A stretch of DNA of 64,000 nt, taken from the NCBI GenBank assembly GCA_973895155.1, contig OZ316895.1, positions 1,300,435-1,364,434 on the forward strand. The letters are read 5' to 3'. Below, piece by piece: positions 54,807 through 64,000 of this stretch. The notes beneath the pieces are model-generated. The model was not told the origin of the DNA and ran no database searches. It was given only the letters and a program-made list of their open reading frames with translations. Both the position numbers and the translations under genes were made by a program. Source of the DNA: Marsupella aquatica (lineage: Eukaryota > Plantae > Marchantiophyta). Numbering within the stretch: the stretch's first letter is position 1; every line of letters begins with the position of its first letter.

Positions 54807-57800
54807 TCAGTTCTCTTGCTTTGTTGGCCAAGCAGGGTAATAAAAGTCCGGAACTGCTTTAGCATCAGCATCACGATGTTGATCTTTATCCCAGGTGCTT
54901 TCTTCATCTTTACTTTCATCCGGATGAGCGTTCACCAGAAGTGCATGTACTCTTCGAATTAGCTGAACACAAACACATACACAGTCAGTGTGCCCAACTC
55001 GATTAAGGCGTTGCTACATTTGTAAAGGCAGAGACTATGAAAAATGTGAGAATTGCATGTCGATTGAAAGACTTCGTAAATTCCTCGTCGGTCCCAATTT
55101 GAAAGAAACGTTCAGATTTCCCACTAATGTAGATGATACAAAACAAAGTTGAGACAAATCAGCGCTGCTCATGTATTAAAATTAGAGATCCATACAAGCA
55201 GTGCACTCCAAAATATACAACTAAGCCATATAGCAACAGTACAAATGGTCTCGTAGTTCTGCCAACTTCAAACATACCTCGTCCACACCCTCCCCTGTTT
55301 CCACAGAAACCCAAAGTGCACCACCTGGGCCATACTCCACATATGAATCAGTAGAGTCACTATTTAAGGGGATGCTGCGTGAAGGAGGTGGAGACAAAAG
55401 ATCTGCTTTGGAGACCACATCCAACCATGGCCGGTCTGAATATCTCCCCTTGATCTCCTTATATATTTGAAACTGCAAAATTAAGCCGCACAGACTGACA
55501 GATTGTAAGCAATGAACAAGCACGACGAGATAACGGTGGGGCAGGACTTGCACTCCTTAGGGTCCTTCACAACGACAATAATGGCTCACACAATCAACGT
55601 CGAGATACCAAGAAACAACCAGAAGACTCCACGGTAGATTCCAGGCTGTGCCAAACATCGTCTTCTAAATTACAGTGAAGTAATATTCTTGTAAAGTAGC
55701 CCAGAAACACCTAAAAGCTTCGAATTGCAGATAAATTCAGCTCACAACATAAACATAATAATGTCAACTGGTACCTGTTTAGCAGCTGACGAGCCACATT
55801 CTCCAGTTAAGTCATGCACGTAAAGAATGGATGTAGGCAGATGTGACAGAGCAGCAAGCGTCAACTTCTCCATGTTATTCCTCTCCTCTGCACATGTGGA
55901 GACAGACAAAGTATAAGCTGCTCGGATAGGCCATGCGAACCAGCCAGCCAGCCATTGAATTTCAATATAAAATTTATTAGGACTCTGTCTGCAATTCAGA
56001 ATATCAGGACATTACTGAAGTTTGGTTTGAAGGTGCTGGAAAAATCACTGTCTAGGCCACAGTGCAACTTTGCCCACTAAAACTAATTGATTTGATCGAG
56101 TGCAATCCACTGTTCATGTCCCCGCGCACTACTGGCTAAGAATGGCAACAAGAAAAAACTCAATTACAAAACGAAATTATATTTACGAAAACAGAGACAC
56201 TACACAAGCCTAAAATTATCATTAAGTATTAGAAATAAGCTGGGTAACGTAAACACGTAAATTTGATGAATCCTACTACTGCACGAGAAATGAGATGCCC
56301 TACCATCTGGTCGTTCTAGTAGACCAGGGGTATCGGTAACCTGCAACGTGCACGAGAAAAGTCACTTATAGATCATTATCCAAATCAACTCAAAGAAGAC
56401 TCAGATGCAAGTCACAAGAACCTTTCAGACAGGATCTGATGCAAAAATCCATTCCTTGAGGCCATTAAAGTGCCGGCACAGAAAATAAGATATCCATGAC
56501 AGGACATTGATCGATCTACAGTACTTGCACTACCCACCAATGAGTTACATAATTAACAGTGAGAAGTCCTTAGTGCATTGTGATCAAAATCACCTGGAAG
56601 CGCCGAGAGTCAACCTCAAAATGACCAATCGAAATGCCTCTTGTTGTGAACTGATAATTACATATCTGTGTACACAAACGGTAAACAGTCAGTATGTTTA
56701 CAGGTCTCTTACCAAGAGACCAGCATCTTCAAGGAGGGAAACATGAACGAGAACCAGAGGCTGCGCAAGGAAGAGAATGGACAATGACTTCGAAACTTAA
56801 GCTTTGAAACGGTCCCAAAACCCAGGAACGAAAATGCCAACAACGACAGAACAACAAATAACGACATACCTCAGGCTTACCCGAAGAGAGAATGCGAACA
56901 AGGGAGGACTTGCCCACATTAGGAGCGCCCACCAAGCAAAGTGTGGGTGTACGGAGAGAGATAACAGGCATTGCTCTTAGTTTCTGCAGAAACGTTGACG
57001 AGCACCTTAAGAACTCAGCGCTTGTTCTATCCATAAACAAACTGGATCAACATGAATCAGTCTTCAAGGTCATAAGCAATCGAACAGAACCAGAACGGAT
57101 GCCATTATTACTCTGACTCACCTTTGCATGCTCTTTCAAATCGTCCACGGCTTTTCCATAAGTATTGAATACCTCTTCCAACTTCGCGAAACCCTGAACG
57201 ACATGGGAAGTTTCACGTCAACGATTCATCCATTTCAAGCTACGGGGCTCTAGGACCTCCACACTCACCTCCAACAAAGAAGATACGAGAAGCGAAACAT
57301 ATATTCACATTGAAACTTGCGGTTCTGGAATTCAGGGTAGAGCAATGAACAACCTATATTACTCGTACGGATTTCATTTTTCAAATTGTACAAGCACTAT
57401 ACTCAGTAATGATAGTCTGGGAATATGCCTTAAAAACAAAGAATGGTCGAAACGAACTTCACCTGTGTCAGGCGCTCCTCGGCCTCTAGCTTTGTTGTAG
57501 ACTGTTGCAGCCAAACGGCCAACCTTGCTTGTAAGTTACTTAACATGTAATACTAGATAAAAGGACAAGAGATGTGACAGAATGCAAGGTTCATTCAGCA
57601 ACGACCACAAAAATCCTAATTCAAAAGAAAGCTTCATTTTGAGAATAGAAGGGCCCAATGTAGTCTATTAATGCCCGTCCTTGTGCATGTACTCAACATT
57701 CCCACGTCGATGGCTCATAAGCCCCTATCAAGGGACGAAAACACAATGTACTTAGCATTTAAAGTTTTGGTCAAACCTTGGCGCATAGACTCGCCCAGTT

Positions 57801-59416
57801 CTTTCCCATATCGAGAACCTTTTTGCGTAAATAATCTACTCGTTCAAGAACCTGACGACAAACACAATTACCAACAAAATCACACTTGTCAGACCAAGCA
57901 AAACATAAGAACAGCACATTTAGAGTAACAACTAGATTGGTGCGGTTGAAAGTATGGCGATGCCTGGCAATGAAGTTTGAACACGTTGGGAGGACAGTCA
58001 CCTCTTCATACTTGCCTTCCCCAAGAGTCAGCTCTAATAGTGCACTCTCATAGGCATGTAGCTCCTGCCTTCGTGGAAATTTTTGAAGATACAATTTAAG
58101 TGGCAACGCGAGCTCCTGCATCGTGCACAGCAGATTATCCGGTGGTTTACATGAAAATTTAGATAATAGTGAGAGTGGCGAATAGGCGTCAAACATCGCA
58201 TCTAATTCTGATGCGATGTTTTACGCAACATCGTAACAATCAGAAGTGCCTGACAAGCAAGTGAGCGCGAGTTTGAGTGTTCCGTGCCCAAGCAAACAAG
58301 TATAGTGGCCACCAAATTGACTTTGGTGGTCGACTTTCCTAGTAATACGGGAACAGTATGTAAGGGAATTGCAGAACGCAATGATACACTGTGCTAGATT
58401 GAAAACAAAATACCCTCTGAGGGTGATTTCAATCGTCCATCCCCACTGAGACTGTGTTAGAAACATCAAGCCCTCTAGCAAATGTTTGTAATGACGTAAA
58501 CCCTTGCCTTTATTAAAGCATCTAACTGCTTTGCGCCTCGGTTGCGCTCCCGCTTTGCCGCGTTCATGATACCTTCAAATCAATCATGACACCCAACACC
58601 CACATCACAACACAACCTGGTCTTCAATATTATTTCTTATACAAGTAGTGGATCACATACAGTTGGAGATAATCACTATCATCGCAAAGTTACTATGCGT
58701 CCTTGCATTAGCCAATGACGTCTTACATAAAAAGGGAAGCTGGAAAACCTTTTGTTGGCCGCACCATTCTAGCTTTCCTCAATGCAGAGCCGAGAATCTC
58801 ATATGCAGGAGAGACCATAGGCAACTGTTGGAATGCGCCCGTCTTTGCGTCCACTCTAAACTGTGACACGACGCGGACAAAAAACAAATCAGAAACCACA
58901 CTACTTATGGAGAAGAACCCGGCGGCAGGGTAAAATTCTTTCTGAAAATCAAATTCAAAAACTGTGATGCATTCTTCAAGCAGAATCAAATAGAAGAGCA
59001 GCGTGAGTATTTTTAGAAACGAGGGACTAGAGGCATCGGAGGAACATGAATACCTTTGAGGGTAACTTTGGGACATTTGAAGATCCTACCAATCCCTCCC
59101 TTGTTTCGGCATCAATCTGCCTCTCATCTTCCACCACAGCTGAACTGTTCGTCTGTTGTGCATTCACTGTCAGAAGGTCCACCATCGTGCTGCTGTATGC
59201 GGAGCCCCGTTGGACAAATGATGCAACTGATGGCAGAAAGTGGGACCTCAGCTTAGGGGATTGTTTGCACAAAGTTCGATTGGCAGAGACGTGGAGGCTG
59301 GACAAACAGAAGGTATAATTAGAGGGGTAACCGCGCGCCAAGGACATGGCAGCTCCACAGCCAGGAGCAGCTCTGGATAGCGAGCTCCGGAGCCCTGAAA
59401 TGGTCATCGAGGCCAT
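54807..59416 (-). CDS. Organelle-targeted NOG1-like OBG-family GTPase (At1g80770/PDE318-like). 13 exons: 59416-59054, 58860-58749, 58572-58508, 58115-58002, 57851-57777, 57501-57463, 57193-57122, 56983-56870, 56665-56594, 56340-56304, 55887-55775, 55472-55278, 54962-54807 (~508 aa)
   Basis: Transit peptide; GAFQQLP; G1 GAPNVGKS; G2 NYQFTT; G3 DTPG; RNNMEK; HDLTGECG; G4 SKAD; G5 VSV. Exons join in frame. Intron 3 has a GC donor. Confidence 0.92.
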
Positions 59417-60954
59417 GATGAGAGTACAGGAGATTTACAGCACTGATTTGGTCATCAAGCCCATGGTGCGCTTCAAAGGATGTCCTGCTTTCAGCTCCGT
59501 AAGAAGTCAGCCATTCTCGTAGAACCTCCGGGGCAGTAGATTATATGGAGAGGGGTCCTTCTAGAAATCAGGTTTCAATTGCAGTACTAGCCTGTTCCCA
59601 CAACCCGTTGTCTGCAACAACAATTCTTCTCCATCGTCATTATTCAGAAAGTGCAATCAGTGAGAACACGTATAGTCTGTGTCAAGATATCATGCAATAC
59701 CAGCTCCGAAACATGGGAATCTATTTCGTATCTTTCACATAGCCAATTGGACAAGGTTTCCCGTCGTGCAAGGAAAAAACGAGGTAACTACTCAAGTGGT
59801 GCTCAATTTTTCATCGGCAGCGCAAAAAGAATTGCTCAAAAAGCCCAACCTAGATTTTGCAGAATCTGTGGATACCTTCTTGCAGATGCGAGGATGCACT
59901 GAGAGGATACGTCGTCTGAGCTACTAGAGGAGGAGGACTCACATTGCCGTCTAGCGGCAATTCGAAAAAGTACTAGTATTTGTAAGGGAATGGATCAATG
60001 TTTTAAAATTCTCACCTCACTTATTGACGGCAATAAAGCAGCTCTTCTAGAAAATCGCGCTGAGAGGGCTTGAATCTTCGGAGCAAACCACCTAACAGCT
60101 AGTGAGATCACTCCGGCCACCCTCTGCAGCACGCTCAGAGTGGCTCTTCCTTAACACGAGCAGCTTCCGCTAGACCTTGTGAAAAACCCAGAACCCTAAT
60201 GCGCTTCAGAATGCTCAATTCAAGTCCGGGGTCGAGAAAGCAACGCAAAGTAGCGCACTGTGAGCTAATTCAAATTTCCTGCGAGCCAAGACTACTAGTG
60301 CGCCAGTGAGAAGAGATTATATTTTATAGATTGTCCACAGCACCTGCTGCACTCCTCACAGACTCCCCTTTTCCCCACAATTTCTGATTTGCTTGTGATT
60401 CTTTTGCCATTCTCTTGCCAGCTCCTACAATAACAGGAATGCACTTCCAACAAGCTCGTGACTGCCCTCCGTCGAGAATGCGACTAAAGACCATCTTAAC
60501 AAAGAGAAGCAGCAAAAGAATATGAAGATAAGGAGATCGCCGAAAGACGAGAGCGAGGGCCTAGAGGGATGACATGCTACCCCTCTTTGCCCCCTTTGGC
60601 CCGTCTTTCTTCCCTGCGGACTCGCTTCCTGCCCTTGAGAGCCTCCGGTGCGGTCTTGAATTACAGCACTGTACAGTAGTAATAGCAATTTATTGCCTTA
60701 CTGGGGTCTCAAACGTCAAAATTTGATGGACCTTATAAAAGATCAAAGTAAAAATTTGATCGACCTTGTACCTTAAGAGAAAAGTTATGGATTACCAAAT
60801 TCATAATCCAGACTTTTTTGCCAAAAAGATTGGTCATATGTCATGATCATAAGTCATTGTAAAGACTAGTGGCAAAACCAAACCCTATACATTATATAAC
60901 CCTAAAAAAAAGCTAAAAAGCAATCTTCCACAAGTTTGAAACTTTGAGACGCCT

Positions 60955-61228
60955 GATTGTAATGCGTAGGTACTGCTCTTGAATTGCAGGGATGTTATAC
61001 TGTAATGTGTAGGCACCGCTAGGCAATTACATGGATGTAAAACTGTAACGTATAGGTACCCCTTGGGAACAATGGCAATGTAATAATGAAAACCGATGGG
61101 GAATCACAGGGATGTAATACTGTAATGTGTAGGTACCGCTTGGGAATTACAGGGATGTAAAACTAATGTCTAGGTTACTACCGCTTGGGAACAATAGCAA
61201 TGCGATACTGGAATGTGTAGGTACCGAT
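60955..61228. repeat. Degenerate array of the 42-bp minisatellite
   Basis: aattacagggatgtaa(a/t)actgtaatgtgtaggtaccg variants, ~6 units. Confidence 0.8.
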
Positions 61229-61913
61229 GGGGAGTCAAAAAACATCTTGCAAAACAAAGATACTCTTGTTCATGTTTGCCTCCATCCCTTTTTTTCACCC
61301 TCACTACCATGTTGTCTTTTATTGAGAGTCACCCTCACTACCATGTTGTCTTTTATTGAGAGTCAGTATTAATCCCTTGTTGTTTCTTTGGTCCATTTTC
61401 ACTTCTGTTCTATTGAGAGTTAGGGGGGCTGTACAAGACACGGGGGTAGTTCAGTCTCTCTCCATCCAGAGCAAAGCTGATGGCCATTTCCTTCCACAAA
61501 AGTTAAAGCCAAATATGTCAGGTTTGGAAGTAATCAATGCAATTCCCTGAAAATAAGCCACCCTTTGCTCCAAGTTTTTAGACCACCTCAAGAGGAGGTC
61601 TAAGTTTTTGACAACACACCTCAGCAAAAAAAGGGACCCACAAGGGGCCCACTGAGAGATACTTAGGTTTGGTAATGCTTTTGGTTCATTGTGCCCCCAA
61701 GTTCATGTAAAATGAAGTGTGGCCAGTTCCCACATATGAATGGTTAGGATTGCATCTTTCATTTAGAAAAAAAAAGGAATTGCTGCCCCCAAGTTCTTGT
61801 AAAGCCAACCTTAGTCTAGAGTCTTTTCACTCTAAAGTAGATAGTAGCCCTTGAAAGTAACTTTGCATTGCATTTTATTAGTAATTTGTAATATTGTAAT
61901 ATGTAAGTACTGG

Positions 61914-62140
61914 AATTACAGGGATGTAAGACTGTAATGTGTAGGTATCGCTCGTAATTACAGGGATGTAAGACTGTAATGTGTAGGTACCGCTCGTAAT
62001 TACAGGGATGTAAGACTGTAATGTGTAGGTACCGCTCGTAATTACAGGGATGTAATACAATTCTGTGTAGGTCCCTCTTGCAAATTACAACACTGTACAG
62101 TAGTAACAGAAACGCACTACTGTAATGTGTAATGTGTAGG
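61914..62140. repeat. 42-bp minisatellite, ~3.5 near-perfect units plus a degenerate tail
   Basis: aattacagggatgtaagactgtaatgtgtaggta(t/c)cgctcgt repeated head to tail. Confidence 0.9.
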
Positions 62141-62766
62141 TCCCGTAGGGAGAGACAGGATTGGAGTTCATGGGTGGACAGAAACGGACTGTAGACGAGA
62201 AGTGGAGAAGAGAGTGAGCATCTCTTCGCCCAATCTCTTGATCGTCGTCCATGATTATCTAGAGGTGGGACACAGAATCGGAGCTCAAGGGTGGACGGGG
62301 AGAGACGACTTGAAGTGAGGGACAGACAGAGCATTTGTGCTCTGAGGCAATTGTGTAGGGACAGAGAGAGCTATGGCGCTGTGGGAGGTCACGGTGGTGA
62401 CTGCGGACGTGCTCGGCCTGAAGCGAACCTACCGCTAATTACCTCTGTAGGCGTAGAAAGGAATTCGGGGGAACCAGTATTCTAAAATCCTAGATTTAAA
62501 TGAGCGGTTGGGGTACAGGGTCAGCCTTGACGGCTCGCTTCTGTGATGTGTACCTGCTTATTTTGTAATTCTTCTCATTGAACACAGAGCAAAATTTGGA
62601 TTTGAATTGATATGCAGAGTGGAGGACTCTGGGAAAATGATTTGCATCTCACTTGATATGTCTGTTGGAAAGCCGAGCAACAACGGTCAGGTCTAGAATC
62701 CTTAGCTAGTTTGCCCACATTTTTTCCAAAAAAGGCCAGGTTGGCTATTACTGATAGTTTGGCAAG

Positions 62767-63867
62767 ATGAAGCTTGTCCGTGATCACCTCTTTATTGGTA
62801 ACATCACTGATGCCAATGCGGTTTTCCAGTCTTCTGAGCTCAAAGTCACGCACATGCTCTCACTTCTTTCAAACCAAGTTCTGTCTCAGCCAAACCCCAA
62901 GCCCGGAGATCCTTATGCTTTACTGACGATTAGCGCCGGGGCTCATAACCCCCCCACCAGCAAGCCTGTCGAAAAGCCCACCCCAGAGTCACGCGGGGGA
63001 ACAACGGAGGAGAGGCAGAACGCAGGAGGACGAGAGTTTGTCCGCATGACAGTGCCTTTGCGAGATATGGAATCAGAGAACTTGCTGGATCATCTGGAGG
63101 CCTGTCTGGAGTTTATTGAGGAAGGGAGGAAGAAAGGAGATGTCCTGGTTCACTGTTTGGCTGGTGTCTCGCGCAGGTAAGTCGTCGCGATCTCGGAAAC
63201 ATCTCAATTCTGTAAATTTAAGTCTGTGGGGACCTTTGGAATCTTGAGCAGTCGGGATTCGCAGTCGGAATGGCGGAAAGGGCAGTCACCTCCTCACGCA
63301 GTAAATGGATAGACAAACCACCTGTCGGACTGTGCGCTTGAATGATGACAGGGTTCAGTGAATAATTATTCAGTGATTTGCCGAGTTCGGTAGGCTTGAA
63401 TCTGCCAGGGACTAACTGCTCGAGTGATTGCTTCTTAATCGTAAACAGATTGAACTGGGACCAAAAATTCTTATGTTTGTCCTGCTTTTGTGAGATCAAT
63501 GCACTAATGACCACAAGCAAGACACAGAGCAACTGATAGTTTGATATGGAGGTTTTGTGGGATTTTGGGCTAAGGACGTAATTGTTTCATATAATATCTT
63601 GCTTGTCGTCATTAGATTCAAGCGGTGTATATCGGATTCCACCGTGGTTGTTCTTGAGAGCTTCAGAACCTTGTTCTTTTCTCTTGTCCCCGTCCTCGAT
63701 AGACACAACCGTCACTTTTCCTGTAGACCACCTTAGCTTCAAAACTAGTACCAACTACGGACAATGCCTGGTTGGATTGTAACTGATTCTTAACTTTCTC
63801 CCGGGTCATTGCAGCGCGGCCGTGATTACAGCGTATCTTATGCGAATTGAAAAACTTTATGTAGATG
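62767..63867 (+). CDS. Dual-specificity phosphatase, DUSP12/YVH1-like; 5' part only (exons 62767-63176, 63815-63867), continues beyond the window
   Basis: MKLVRDHLFIGNI, VPLRDMESENLLDHLEACLEFIEEGR, and catalytic loop VHCLAGVSRSAAVITAYLMR formed across the splice junction. Confidence 0.9.
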
Positions 63868-64000
63868 GTATGAACTCTTTCGTCAAACATCCAAATTATG
63901 ACTTGAATGACCTCTTGTAACGTGCGGTAGGCCCTAAGAATTACACCCTTAGCACAGCTGAACTCAATTTCAGCGGCTGGTGGACAAAGGAATTTGTAAG

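Noticed and set aside
59545-59927. Small plus-strand gene next to the NOG1-like start
   Set aside because: No motif. The region is more simply a 5'-UTR intron of the minus-strand gene (donor near 59942).
61914-62060. CRISPR array
   Set aside because: Head-to-tail repeats without unique spacers, no cas genes, eukaryotic context.
61816-62334. 172-aa ORF with YLHITVLHPCNYER repeats
   Set aside because: A by-product of the 42-bp (14-codon) minisatellite.

Overview
Eukaryotic nuclear DNA from a land plant, not a prokaryote. Evidence: spliceosomal introns, TTTAGGG telo-boxes, plastid transit peptides, and a class II KNOX gene. A bryophyte such as a liverwort is plausible but is an inference. I reconstructed nine protein-coding loci by hand: a divergent NADPH:quinone oxidoreductase (+), a small orphan Gon7-like protein (-), an intronless PHD-finger protein (-), a WW-WW-membrane anchor-GT49 (LARGE-like) glycosyltransferase (+), a class II KNOX homeobox gene (-), PTAC6/PAP8 (+), leaf-type FNR (-), a plastid NOG1-like GTPase (-), and the 5' part of a DUSP12/YVH1-like phosphatase (+). 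Intergenic DNA is rich in small non-autonomous elements with readable ends: MITEs with 8-bp TSDs, CACTA-type elements, a solo LTR, a short Helitron, and a tandem TRIM whose LTRs carry tRNA-like sequence. It also holds a ~1.9-kb near-perfect palindrome and a GluRS pseudogene fragment. The best candidates for something new are the WW-GT49 fusion with a predicted cytosol-facing catalytic domain, the long hairpin next to the KNOX 3' end, the tRNA-LTR TRIM array upstream of FNR, and the possible plant Gon7. All exon models and family assignments come from reading the sequence and recalling motifs; no searches were run.
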